From the human T2T-CHM13v2.0 reference genome, Homo sapiens, in NCBI RefSeq assembly GCF_009914755.1, contig NC_060947.1: DNA of 64,000 bases. One strand, 5' to 3'. A program made the position numbers and the translations under genes. This document shows, one piece after another, positions 38,790-52,003 of this stretch (the first letter of the stretch is position 1; each line of letters opens with the position of its first letter). The notes beneath the pieces were generated by a model. The model was not told the origin of the DNA, made no database searches, and saw only the letters and a list, made by a program, of their open reading frames with translations.

Positions 38790-41700
38790 TTGTACAATTC
38801 CCACCTATGAGTGAGAATATGTGGCGTTTGGTTTTCTCTCCTTGTGATAGTTTGCTCAGAATGATGGTTTCCAGCTTCATCCATGTCCCTAAAAAGGACA
38901 TGAACTCATCATTTTTTATACCTGCATAGTACTCCATGGTGTATATGTGCCACATTTTCTTAATCCAGTCTATTATTGATGGACATTTGGGTTGGGTACA
39001 AGTTTTTGCTATTGTGAATAGTGCTGCAATAAACATACATGTGCATGTGCCTCTATAGCAGCATGATTTATAATCCTTTGGGTATATATCCAGTAATGGG
39101 ATGGCTGGGTCAAATGGTATTTCTAGTTTTAGATCCTTGAGGAATCGCCACACTATCTTCCACAATGGTTGAACTAGTTTACAGTCCCACTAACAGTGTA
39201 AAAGTGCTCCTATTTCTCCACATCCTCTCCAGCACCTGTTGTTTCCTGACTTTTTAATGATCACCATTCTAACTGGTGTGAGATGGTATCTCATGGTGGT
39301 TTTGATTTGCATTTCTCTGGTGGCCAGTGATAATGAGCATTTTTTCATGTGTCTGTTGGCTACACAAATGTCTTCTTTTGAGAAGTGACTGTTCATGTCC
39401 TTCACCCACTTTTTGATGGGGTTGTTTGATTTTTTTCTTGTAAATTTGTTTAAGCTCTTTGTAGATTCTGGATATTAGCCCTTTACAGATGGGTAGATTG
39501 TAAAAACTTTCTCCCATTCTGGAAGTTGCCTATTCACTCTGATGGTAGTATCTTTTACTATGCAGAAGCTCTTTAGTTGACTGAGATCCTATTTGTCAAT
39601 TTTGGCTTTTGTTGCCAATGCTTTTGGTGTTTTAGACATGAAGTCCTTGCCCATGCCTATGTCCTGAATGGTATTGCCTAAGTTTTCTTCTAGGGTTTTT
39701 ATGATTTTAGGTCTAACATTTAAGTCTTTAATCCATCTTGAATTAATTTTTGTATAAGATGTAAGGAAGGGATCCAGTTTCAGCTCTCTACATATGGCTA
39801 GCCAGTTTCCCCGCACCATTTATTAAATAGGGAAGCCTTTCCCCATTGCTTGTTTTTGTCAGGTTTGTCAAAAATCAGACGATTGTACATGGGTGGTATT
39901 ATTTCTGAGGGCTCTGTTGTGTTCCATTGGTCTATATCTCTGTATTGGTACCAGTACCATGCTGTTTTGGCTACTGTAGCCTTGTAGTATAGTTTGAAGT
40001 CAGGTAGCATGATGCCTCCAGCTTTGTTCTTTTGGCTTAGGATTGACTTGGCAATGCGGGCTCTTTTTTGGTTCCATATGAACTTCAAGGTAGTTTTTTC
40101 CAATTCTGTGAAGAAAGTCATTGGTAGCTTGATGGGGATGGCATTGAATCTATAAATTACCTTGGGCAGTATGGCCACTTTCACCATATTGATGCTTCCT
40201 ATCCGTGAGCATGGAATGTTCTTCCATTTGTTTGTGTCCTCTTGTATTTCGTTGAGCAGTGGTTTGTAGTTCTCCTTGAAGAGGTCCTTCACATCTCTTG
40301 TAAGTTGGATTCCTAGGTATTTTATTCTCTTTGAAGCAATTGTGAATGGGAGTTCAATCATGATTTGGCTGTCTGTTTGTTTGTTATTGGTGTATAGGAA
40401 TGCTTATGATTTTTGCACATTGATTTTGTATCCTGAGACTTTGCTGAAGTGTGTATCAGCTTAAGGAGATTTTGGGCTGAGATGATGGGGTTTTCTAGAT
40501 ATACAGTCATGTCATCTGCAAACAGGGACAATTCGACTTCCTCTTTCCCTAATTGAATGCCCTTTATTTCTTTCTCCTGCCTGATTGCCCTGGCCAGAAC
40601 CTCTAACACTATGTTGAATAGGAGTGGTGAGAGAGGGCATCCCTGTCTTGTGCCAGTTTTCAAAGGGAATGCTTCCAGTTTTTGCCCATTCAGTAAGATA
40701 TTGGCTGTGGGTTTGTCATAAATAGCTCTTATTATTTTGAGATATGTCCCATCAATACCTAGTTTATTGAGAGTTTTTAGCATGAAGGGCTGTTGAATTT
40801 TTTCAAAGGCCTTTTCTGCATCTATTGAGATAATCATGTGGTTTTTGTCTTTGGTTCTGTTTATATGATGGATTATGTTTATTGATTTGCATATGTTGAA
40901 CCAGCCTTGCATTCCAAGGATGAAGCCAAATTGATCGTGGCGGATAAGCTTTTGGATGTGCTGCTGGATTCAGTTTGCCAGTATTTTATTGAGGATATTT
41001 GCATCAATTTTCATTAGGGATATTGGTCTAAAATTCTTTTTTTGTTGTGTCTCTGCCAGACTTTGGTATCAGGATGATGCTGGCCTCATAAAAAGACGGG
41101 GATTCCCTCTTTTTCTATTGATTGGAATTGTTTCACAAGGAAAGGTACTAAATCCTTTTTGTACCTCTGGTACAATTTAGCTGTGAATCCGTCTGGTCCT
41201 GCACTTTTTTTGGTTGGTAGGCTATTAATTATTGCCTCAATTTCAGAGCCTGTTATTAGCCTATTCAGGGATTCAACTTCTTCCTGGTTTAGTCATGGGA
41301 GGGTGTATGTGTCCAGGAATTTATCCATTTCTTCTAGATTTTCTAGTTTATTTGCATAGAGGAGTTTATATTATTCTCTGATGATAGTTTGTATTTTCTG
41401 TGGAATCGGTGGTGATATCTCCTTTATCATTTTTATTGTGTCTATTTGATTCTTCTCTCTTTTCTTCTTTATTAGTCTTGCTAGTGGTCTATCAATTTTG
41501 TTGATCTTTTCAAAAAACCAGTTCCTAGATTCATTGATTTTTTGAAGGGTTTTTTTGTGTCTCTATCTCCTTCTGTTCTGCTCTGATCTCAGTTATTTCT
41601 TGCCTTCTGCTGGCTTTTGAATTTGTTTGCTCTTGCTTTTCTAGTTCTTTTAATTGTGATGTTAGAGTGTCAATTTTTGATCTTTCCTGCTTTCTCTTGT

Positions 41701-42625
41701 GGGCATTTAGTGCTATAAATTTCCCTCTACACACTACTTTGAATGTGTCCCAGAGATTCTGGTATGTTGTTTCTTTGTTCTCATTGGTTTCAAAGAACAT
41801 CTTTATTTCTGTCTTCATTTTGTTATGAACCCAGTAGTTATTCAGGAGCAGGCTGTTCAGTTTCCATGTAGTTGAGTGGTTCTGAGTGAGTTTCTTAATC
41901 CTGAGTTCTAGTTTGATTGCACTGTGGTCTGAGAAACAGTTTGTTATAATTTCTGTTCTTTTACTTTTGCTGAGGAGTGCTTTACTTCCAACTATGTGGT
42001 CAATTTTGGAATAAGTGTGATGTGGTGCTGAGAAGAATGTATATTCTGTTGATTTGGGGTAGAGAGTTCTGTAGATATCTATTGGGTCTGCTTGGTGCAG
42101 AGCTGAGTTCAATTCCTGGATATCCATGTTAACTTTCTGACTTGTTCATCTGTGTATTGTTGACAGTGAGGTGTTAAAGTCTCCCATTATTATTGTGTGG
42201 GAGTCTAAGTCTCTTTGTAGGTCTCTAAGGACTTGCTTTATGAATCTGGGTGCTCCTGTATTGGGTGCATATATATTTAGGATAGTTAGCTCTTCTTGTT
42301 GAATTGATCCCTTTACCATTATGTAATGGCCTTCTTTGTCTCTTTTGATCTTTGTTGGTTTAAAATCTGTTTTTATCAGAGACTAGGATTGCAACCCCTG
42401 CTTTTTTTGTTTGTTTGTTTGTTTTCCATTTGCTTGGTAGGTCTTCCTCCATCCCTTTATTTTGAGCCTATGTGTGTCTCTAAATGTGAGATGGGTCTCC
42501 TGAATACAGCACACTGATGGATCTTGAGTCTTTATCCAATTTGCCAGTCTGTGTCTTCTAATTGGAGCTTTTAGCCCATTTGCATTTAAGGTTAATATTG
42601 TTATGTGTGAATTTGATCCTGTCAT
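38790..42625 (-). pseudogene. Disrupted L1 ORF2
   Basis: MTGSNSHITILTLNANGL (42625); [10 protein letters not shown]; [10 protein letters not shown] and LFADDM (40358-40912); CWRGC...LLHC; split across many frames. Confidence 0.95.
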
Positions 42626-42686
42626 GAAGTTAGCTGGTTATTTTCCTCGTTATTTGATGCAGTTTCTTCCTAGCATCGATGTTCTT

Positions 42687-43709
42687 TACAATTTGGCATG
42701 TGTTTGCGGTGGCTGGTACCAGTTGTTCCTTTCCATGTTTAGTGCTTCCTTCAGGAGCTCTTGTAAGGTACGCTTGGTGGTGATAAAATCTCTCAGCATT
42801 TGCTTGTCTGTTAAGGATTTTATTTCTCCTTTACTTATGAAGCTTAGTTTGGCTGGATATGAAATTCTGGGTTGAAATTTCTTTTCTTTAAGAATGTTGA
42901 ATATTGGCCCCCACTCTCTACTGGCTTGTAGAGTTTCTACTGAGAGATCCGCTGTTAGTCTGATGGGCTTCCCTTTTTGGTAACCCGACCTTTCTCTCTG
43001 GCGTCCCTTAACATTTTTTCCTTCATTTCAACTTTGGTGAATGTGATAATTATGTGTCCTGGAGTTGCTCTTCTTGAGGAGTATCTTTGTGGTGTTCTCT
43101 ATATTTCCTGAATTTGAATATTGGCCTGCCTTGCTAGGTTGCGGAAGTTCTCCTGGTTATTATCCTGCAGAGTGTTTTCCAAGTTGGTTCCATTCTCCCC
43201 GTCACTTTCAAGTACACCAATCAGACTTAGATTTGGTCTTTTCACATATTCCCATATTTCTTGGAGGCTTTGTTCGTTTCTTTTTACTCTTTTTTCTCTA
43301 AACTTCTCTTCTCACTTCATTTCATTCATCTGATCTTCAATCACTGATACCCTTTCTTCCACTTGATTGAATTGGCTACTGAAGCTTGTACATGCATCAC
43401 ATAGTTCTCATGCCATTGTTTTCAGCTCCATCAGGTCATGTAAGGTCTTCTCTACACTGGTTATTCTAGTTAGCCATTTGTCTAATCTTTTTTCAAGGTT
43501 TTTAGCTTCTACACGATGGGTTCAAACATCCTCCTTTAGCTCGGGAAGTTTGTTATTACCAATCATCTGAAGCCTTCTTCTCTCAACTCATCAAAGTCTT
43601 TCTCTATCCAGCTTTGTTCTATTGCTGGCGAGGAGCTACGTTCCTTTGGAGGAGAAGAGGCACTCTGATTTTTAGAATTTTCAGCTTTTCTGAACTGGTT
43701 TCTCGCCAT
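42687..43709 (-). pseudogene. Disrupted L1 ORF1
   Basis: MARNQFRKAENSKNQSASSPPKERSSSPAIEQSW, with the ATG at 43709 and an early stop at 43563. Confidence 0.9.
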
Positions 43710-44728
43710 CTTTGTGGTTTTATCTACTTTTAGTCTTTGATGATAGTGACGTACAGATGGGGTTTTGGTGTAGATGTCCTTTCTGTTTGTTAATTTTCCT
43801 TCTAACAATCAGGACCCTCAGCTACAGGTCTGTTAGAGTTTACTGGATGTCCACTGCAGACCCTGTTTGCCTGGGTATCACCAGCAGAGGCTGCAGAACA
43901 GCAAATATTGCAGAATGGCAAATGCTGCTGCCTGATTGTTCCTCTGGAAGCTTCATCTCAAAGGGGCACACAGCTGTACGAGGTGTCAGTCGGCCCGTAG
44001 TGGGTGGTGTTTCCCAGTTAGGGTACTCAGGGGTCAGGGACCCATGTGAGGAGGCAGTTTGTCCATTCTCAGATCTCAAACTCTGTGCTTGGAGAACCAC
44101 TTCTGTCTTCCAAGCTGTCAGACAGGGACGCTTAAGTCTGCAGAATTTTCTGCTGCCTTTTGTTCAGCTATGCCCTGCCCCCAGTGGTGGAGTCTACAGA
44201 GGCAGGCAGGCCTCCTTGAGCTGCAGTGGGCTCCACCCAGTTCGAGCTTCCCAGACTCTTTGTTTTCCTACTCAAGCCTCAGCAATGGTGGACGCCCCTC
44301 CCCCAGCTTCACTGCTGCCTTACAGTTCAATCTCAGACTGCTGTGTTAGCAGTGAGCAAGGCTTCATGGGTGTGGGACCCTCCAAGTCATGTGCAGGATA
44401 TAATCGCCTGGTGTGCTGTTTGCTAAGACTGTTGGAAAAGTGCAGTATTAGTATGGGAGTGTCCTGATTTTCCAGGCACCGTCTGTCATGGCTTCCCTTG
44501 GCTAGAAAAGTGAATTCCCTGACCCCTTGCACTTCCCAGGTGAGGCAATGCCCTGCCCTGCTTTGGCTCACACTCCATGGGCTGCACCCACTGTCCAACA
44601 AGCCCCAGTGAGATGAACCTGGTGCCTCAGTTGGAAATGCAGAAATCACCCATCTTCTGCATTGCTCACACTGGGAGCTGGGAGCTGTAGACTGGAGCTG
44701 TCCCTATTCAGCCATCTTGGATGGTCAC
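43710..44728 (-). promoter_or_regulatory. L1 5'UTR (~1020 bp) with YY1 motif and antisense promoter/ORF0 region
   Basis: gccatctt at 44711-44718; length consistent with the pre-L1PA3 UTR that retains the 129-bp ZNF93-bound segment. Confidence 0.75.
44285..44467 (+). pseudogene. L1 ORF0 homologue (60 aa, premature stop)
   Basis: MVDAPPPASLLPYSSISDCC...GVGPS resembles ORF0 (MAGAPPPASLPPCSLISDCC); stop falls at a CGA>TGA-type position. Confidence 0.8.
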
Positions 44729-45107
44729 AGGCATATTCTGTAGGAGAATGTCCCAGTCATCATAAAGTCAGTCCCACATGGCTTGCATATGAAGCATATC
44801 AACTGCTTCACCTGGGGAGCTCCACTTGATATTTTTTAAGAAGAGTCAGGCAGTCCCCTTCTCAGGGTAACAGACCTTACTGTGGTGTAAATCCAGTCTA
44901 CTAGCCTGGGTATTCTCTCAGGAATAACCACCTGTGCATTCATATTATATATGTTCATCAGTAATTGTTCAATGGTGAGCTGTAGGCCCTGCATCAACTC
45001 AAACATGCTGTTTCGTTCTGCAACACTTAAAATTGAGAATTCTGTCCTTAAAGTGTTTATTTTTACAATCCATTATAGTAAGGGTTTCTCAAGAAGCTGA
45101 TGATATC

Positions 45108-47429
45108 TGATATGGTTTGGATTTCTGTCCCCACCCAAATCTCATATCAAATTATAATCCCCAATGTTGGAGGAGGGACGTGGTGAGAGGTAATTGTATC
45201 ATAGGGGTGATTTTCCTCCTTGCTGTTCTTGTGATAGTGAGTAAGTTCTCTTGAGATCTGCTTGTTTAAAAGAGTATAGCACCTCCCACCATGATTGAAG
45301 TTTTCTGAGGCCTCCCTAGCCAGGCTTCCTGTACAGCCTGTGGAACTGTGAGCCAATTAAACCTCTTTTCTTTATAAATTACTGAGTATCAGGTAGTTCT
45401 TGATAGCAATATGAGAACAAACTAATACCAAAAAATGGTACTGGGAAGGGGGGCATGACCATAAAGATGCCTGAAATTGTGGAAGCAGCTTTGGAACTGG
45501 GTAGTGAAAAGGTTGACACAGTTTGGAGGGCTGAGAAGAAGACAGAAAGATGAGAGAATGTTTAGAACTTCGTAGAAACTTGCCGAATGGCTGTGACCAA
45601 AATGTTGATGGTGATATGGACAGTGAAGTCCAGGCTAAGGTAGCCTCAGATGGAGATGCGTAACTATTTGGGAACTGGAACAAAGGTCACTCTTGCTGTG
45701 CCTTAGCAAGGAGACTGGAAGGATTGTGCCCCTGGTCTAGGGATCTGTGGAGTTTTGAACGTGAGACAGATGATTTAGGGTATCTGGCAGAAGAAATTTT
45801 TAAGCAGTAAAGAATTAAAGATGTGGCCTGAGTGCTTCTAACACTATATTATCATATGTGTGAGCAAAGAGATAATCTGAACCTGGAACCTATATTTAAA
45901 AGTGAAGCAGAGCATAAAAGTTTAGAAAATTTGCAGCCTGACCATCTTGTAGAAAAAAAAGAAAGAAAAACCTGTTTTCAGGAGAGGAATTCCAGTCAGC
46001 TGCAGAAATTCACATAAGTAGAGGAGCCAAATATTGATAGCCAAGATAATGGGGAAAATGCCTTGAAGGCATTATAAAGACCTTTGTGTCAGCCCCTTCC
46101 ATCACAGGATAGGAGGCCTAGGAGAGAAGAATGGTGTCCTCAGCTGGGCCCAGGTCACCAATGCCCTGTGCAGCCTCAGGAAATGTTGCCCTGCATCACG
46201 GTTGATCCAGCTCCAACCATGGCTAAAAGGGGCCAAGGTACAGCTTAGGCCATTATTTCAGAAGTTGCAAGCCATAAGCCTTGGTGGCTTCCATGTGGTG
46301 TTAAGTCTGCAGGTGCACAGAGTGCAAGAGTTGGGGCTTGAGAGCCTCTGCATAGATTTCAGAGGATGTATGAAAATGCCTGGATGTTCCAGGAAGAAGT
46401 TTGTTGCATGCAGCCCTCATGGAGAACCTCTACTAGAGGAGTGTGGAGGGAAAATGTGGGCTTGGAGCCCCCACAGAGAGTCCCCACTGGGGCACTGCCT
46501 GGTGGAGCTGTGAGAAAAGGGCCACCATCTTCCAGACTGCAGAATAGTAGATCCACCAGAAGCTTACACCATGCACCTGGAAAAACCACAGGCACTCAAC
46601 GACATCCCTTCAGAGGAGCCATGAGAGCTGAGCCCTGTGGAGGCAGAGCTTCCCAAGGCCTTGGGAGCCCTCCCCTTGTATCAATGTGGCCTGGACGTGA
46701 GACATGGAGTCAAAGGAGATTATTTTGGGGCATTAATATTAATGGCTGCCCTGCTGGGTTCAGACTTGCCTGGGGCCTGTAGCCCTTTTTTTGGCTGATT
46801 TCTTCCTTTTGGAATGGGTATATTTACCTGATGCCTGTACCTCCATTGTATCTTAGAAATAAATAACTTATTTTTAATTTTTCAGGCTCATAGGCAGAAG
46901 GGACTTGCCTTGTCTTGATGAGACTTTGGACTATGAACTTTTGTGTTAATGCTGAAGTGAGTTAAGCCTTGGCAGACTGTTGAAAAGGGATAATCATATT
47001 TTTCAATGCGAGAAGGATATGAGATTTGGGAGGGGCCAGAGGTGGAATGATAAGATTTGGATTTGTGTCTCCACCCAAACCTCCTTTTGAATTATAATCC
47101 CCAGTGTTGGAGAAGGAGCCTGGTGGGTGGTGACTGGATCATGAGGGCAGATTTATCCCTTCCTGTTGCCATAACAATGAGTGAGTTCTCACAAGATCTA
47201 CTTGTTTAAATGTGTATAGTGACTCACCCTTCACTCTCTTCCTCCTGCTCTGGTCATGTAAGATGTGCCTGCTTCCTCTTTGCCTGATAGCATGATTGTA
47301 AATTTCTTGAGGCCTCCCGAGCCATGCTTCCTGTACAGCCGGAAGAACCATGAGCCAATTAAAACACTTTTCTTTATAAATTATAGTCTCAGGTAGTTCT
47401 TTATAGCAATATGAGAGCAGACTAATACA
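45108..47429 (+). mobile_element. Complete MSTA-like MaLR provirus (LTR 45108-45429, internal 45430-47047, LTR 47048-47429)
   Basis: Paired tgata...ctaatac LTRs; PPT ggaggggccagaggtggaa; TSD atatc/atacc; MaLR-int ORF remnant 46366-46782; the 5' LTR has a ~65 bp deletion. Confidence 0.93.
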
Positions 47430-48271
47430 ATACCAATCTACAAAATGGAAAAATTCCTTTATATTATTGCCTCTGATTTTAATAGTTACTTGGTTCTGCC
47501 CTTCCCCGACAAACTATCTTATTGGTAACCACATGTCATAGAGGTAACTTTTGTTGCCCTGGTTTAATTTTTCCTTTTACCCATTTAGTTTTCTTTATAT
47601 AATTTTTTATTTAATTTAAATTTACTCTTAAATATCTCTTAACTAGGAAAAAAATATATTTTCTTCAGCAAAAACCACATCCTTCTGTTTTATAACTTTA
47701 CCAAAAACAACTATTATGCTCCTACTATTTTAATTCTTAGTAACCCAAATTCCCAGTGCCAGGAAATGAAACTCAGGTTACTTAATTTAACATAATATGA
47801 CTTTAAGATTTTAAAATATTGCAGAGAATTTTGAAATTAAATTTACCTAATTAATCTTACCAAAGATTGCCAAAGTCATCTGAATTAAAAGGCATCTTAG
47901 CTAGCTTTTATCAGTCTGATAAGCCCTTAATTTTAAGTCAAATGATTTGAGCTCTGTCATAGAGTTTAATAGTGAAATATTACTTTAACATGACACATAA
48001 ACATAGTTATAACAGACATGCAGACAAAAGCAGATCCAAAAGATTTTTTACTTGCCTGTTTTTAAAAATTTCCTTATTTACTTTGGATTATTAATAAATA
48101 AAATGTTACAATAAAAGTTGAAGGGGAGAGTTACCATCCCAGGTCTTCTCAAGAGAGACAAGGAGCTGAAGCAGCACATTACAGTTTGTGAGAAGTAAAT
48201 CTGAATATTTTCAAGAAGAAACAGATTATAGAATTTAAAATTAAAAATTTCTTGCATTAAAAATAACTCCA

Positions 48272-48561
48272 TTTTTTTGAGACAGAGACTCACTCTGACA
48301 CCCAGGCTGGAGTGCAGTGGCGTGATCTTGACTCACTGCAACCTCTGCCACCTGAGTTCAAGTGATTCTCCTGTCTCAGTCTCCTGCATATCTGGGATTA
48401 CAGACATGCACCACCCTGCCTGGCTAATTTTTTGTATTTTTAGTAGAGATGAAGTTTCACCATGTTGGCCAGGATGGTCTTGAACTCCTGACCTCAGGTA
48501 ATCTGCCCACTTTGGCCTTCCAAAGTGCTGGGATTACAGGCATGAGCCACCACACCCAGCC
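48272..48561 (-). mobile_element. AluSx-like
   Basis: Full dimer; TSD aaaaataactcca/aagaataactcaa. Confidence 0.95.
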
Positions 48562-49132
48562 AAGAATAACTCAATATTTTTAATGAAGTCTTTTTTCTAG
48601 CAGTTATTTGGTTTTTGTTTAAGTGTATTTTTAATACTATAGTCCAATATAATAAATAGTGCAATTATTTATTATAAATTCCTTAATTGTAGCCAATTAA
48701 TCATGTAACATTTTCATAAATTACTTCTTTTACTAATCTTATTATGACTTAGACCATTCACGTCATGCTTGGACTTTCTCGTTTATCCTAAATATCCTGT
48801 TCTTTAACAATCCAGTCATTTAATTTTAGGAAAAAATTCACCATACAGACTCTTTCTCATATAAATTACTTTTTTAAAGCTTTCTTACCAAAAATACCTC
48901 TTTAATTCTGTAACTCTCTTTATATCTCTCTTATTTCCTGGTTCCTTTTGCCCTGTTTTATACATAAAATTTAAATAAGCTTCTAATTACACAAAATTAT
49001 TTAACTTTTAACAAGAACACACAATTTTTAGAAAGAGTGTTTTTCTACAATATATTTTTTATTGGAATATGCCAAGGCATTTAATGAAATATTTATTAAT
49101 TATATTTATTAATTTAATATAACTTTATGTAC

Positions 49133-49422
<290 letters not shown>

Positions 49423-51985
49423 TAGATTCTAAATTATGACAAGTTTGTCTGCAAGTATTTATACCATTACATTTATCTAATCATTTTATTTTAATAGTTT
49501 ACCTAGACTATTTATAAAAACTTCAATAGTTATCATTTAAACTTATTTCCCTTTCAACCATTTTATAGCCTGAATTTCAGGTGCTTACCTAAGTAAGACC
49601 CTTAAGTATATGATTTTTTAACAAATAATTCAAGATTTACTTGTTTTCATTAAACCAATATTAATGTCTTATTTATCAAAAATCACACAAGCAAAGATTA
49701 TTCTGTTTTGGGCTGCATTTATAGTTTAACAACCCTTATGCCAAATTTTGACACCTTCTCATATTTGGCAGGAATAAGTATGAAATCTCATGATCAATAA
49801 ATGCAAACAAAAATGTATGCTGAAAATTCTTAAGAAATTTATAATATTACTTTACCAATAATTTTAAAGCTAGCTTATTAAAGATTTTACTTAAGTCATG
49901 TGAACTTGGAAAGCATCTGAGCTTATTATTTAATTTATGAGTACTCTTTAAGCCAAATTTCGTACCTTGTGACCAAAAACACGTAACAAAATACATATGT
50001 GTACATATAAACAAACACATACACACTCATACAAACAAAGATTCTATAGCTTTTACTTCAGAATTATGGCCATGAGATATAAATACAAATTCATTGGTTT
50101 TCAAAAGCAGTAACCAGAAATAGGTTGAATGCAAGCAGTGGATTTTATCTCAGTAGAAAAGTAACCACAGACTTAAAGCAACCCGAAAAGAAAGCAGAGA
50201 GAGAAAGAACTCAGGAGCTTTATAGCTGCAGGTTAACCTTTGGACTCTGAATTTTCCTCGATGTAATTTTGCACAAAAAGTCCATAATATGACCACTTTA
50301 TACAAACACTTGAATGGAGAGTTGCCACAAAACCAACAGAGCCCCTGAAATGGAGTCATTCTCCTTGAATTTTCTCATTCTTAGATTATTAGCATTCTTT
50401 ATTTCTTACCTTTTCCTTTTTTTAAAGGAGAAACTATGCTGTGGCTTAGGGTTTAGTGGAGTGAGTTGAAGTGTACTGGTTGTGAGTGGGACTCCCTAGT
50501 ATATCATCACTGAGTTATTTCCACCTTCTTATGTGTCTCAGTTTCTATCTCTGGAGGACTAGCACCTCTGAGAGGGCTCAAAATGTGGAATGACCAGCTC
50601 CTATATCTGTTCCCTGGATGAGCCTTTTAAAACTAACTTTGCTGGGGGATCCCTGTAGGGCCACTGCACATCATGAGGGGGTCAACCCCCCAGACACTCC
50701 TACTCAGCCCCCAGTCACACAGGGTGCCTTTCATCTGGGAGGCACAAAGTTCCCTTTCTCTTCAGAGCTGAGAAAACTCAGTCTCTCATTTATCTATGAA
50801 AACAACGGTTGAGTTCCACATACAAATGCACAGAGAAGCCAATTGAGATTCATTTCAGGAGGAAAGACAATGGAGAAGACTCTTTAGAATGCACCTTTAA
50901 ATTAGAGTTAAGATCCTAAACAACAATTTCCTAGGAGGAAAAAAGACCACTTCCTGTAAACTGTCAGCAGCCACCTTTAACTTTGCAGTTCACGTCCACA
51001 ATTACACCAAGGTCAAATCATCTTATATACAAGGTCACCTCTGGTACCTCCAAAAGCCAAAGAGGTCAGGTAATGCAATACAGAAAAGCAGAGCTGTAGA
51101 CCTAAGAAGAACCTGCCCGTGACTCTTAAAACTCCACAAGGAAAATGGAACACCCTTAAAAGGGCCAAAGTGAGTGGCACATTTGTCTCAGTTCTTTAAG
51201 AAGATCAAGTCATTAGAAGTCTTCTCTAGATTTTTCTTGGTACCAAAGATAGCAAAAGGCAAAGGAGACATAGGGTGGAAGAAAAGTAAATGAGAGAACA
51301 TTTTTTTTTAAACGGGAAGCAAATACAGAAACCTAGTGCGTAGTTTTGTTTGTTTTGTTTTGTTTTGTTTTTCTCTTTTGCAGCTGTGAGGAATTTTAGC
51401 TAATTCAGAGAGTTCTTGTTCCCCATAATTTGGAATTCTCATTTAGATTTGGCCAAGTCAGGTAAAGTTGGTCAAGCCTAATGGGAGAAAAAACAGAACA
51501 AATAACCCCTACAAGAAACACCTACAATATGATTACTGAGCACTCTAATGGTAAGAATAAATTAAGTCCAGCTGGTTGTTAATTGTAACTTTAGCCAAAA
51601 CAAAACCCCAATTCAGCTACTTACCTAGGAATTGGTCTCAGGCTGAAGAATCCTCTCTACCATTATAGGAGCAGAAAAATCTCAAACTCACCTTCACTGT
51701 TGGAAGTGAGCTCAAATTCCAGAAAGAAATTACCTGCCTTCCATCATCATGGAAGCAGGAAAACTTACCTTCCTTGTTAGAAGCAAGCAAAATTCCAGAA
51801 AAGGAGTTGGACAGCACAATAAACTTTAGATCTCAACCAAATTTTGGGAGATCAGGGGTTCTCTGAAAGGAAGAGAGCTCCCAGGCCTCAGAAAAGTGTC
51901 CCACTGGTTTGAGTCATAAAGATAGCTCAAACTGGTATCAAGCACTAATAGGATATTTGTCAAAAGTCAGGGCCACCTCCACTCA

Positions 51986-52003
51986 GTCACTTTGTGGTCA
52001 CGA
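51986..52003 (-). promoter_or_regulatory. Degenerate primer-binding site, tRNA-Arg-like
   Basis: gtcactttgtggtcacga resembles the tRNA-Arg 3' end gtcccttcgtggtcgcca and lies 3 nt from the 5' LTR. Confidence 0.6.

Larger units (their letters stand above)
38560..44728 (-). mobile_element. Full-length inactive LINE-1, L1PA5-like (~6.17 kb)
   Basis: (TTA)n tail; 5' end tattcagccatcttgg; 11-bp TSD agacatattct (38549-38559) / aggcatattct (44729-44739). Confidence 0.97.

Noticed and set aside
38560-44728. Retrotransposition-competent L1
   Set aside because: Full length, but ORF1 stops early, ORF2 is split over many frames and the 5'UTR is CpG-depleted.
46202-46782. Novel coding gene
   Set aside because: These are frameshifted remnants of the MaLR internal region.
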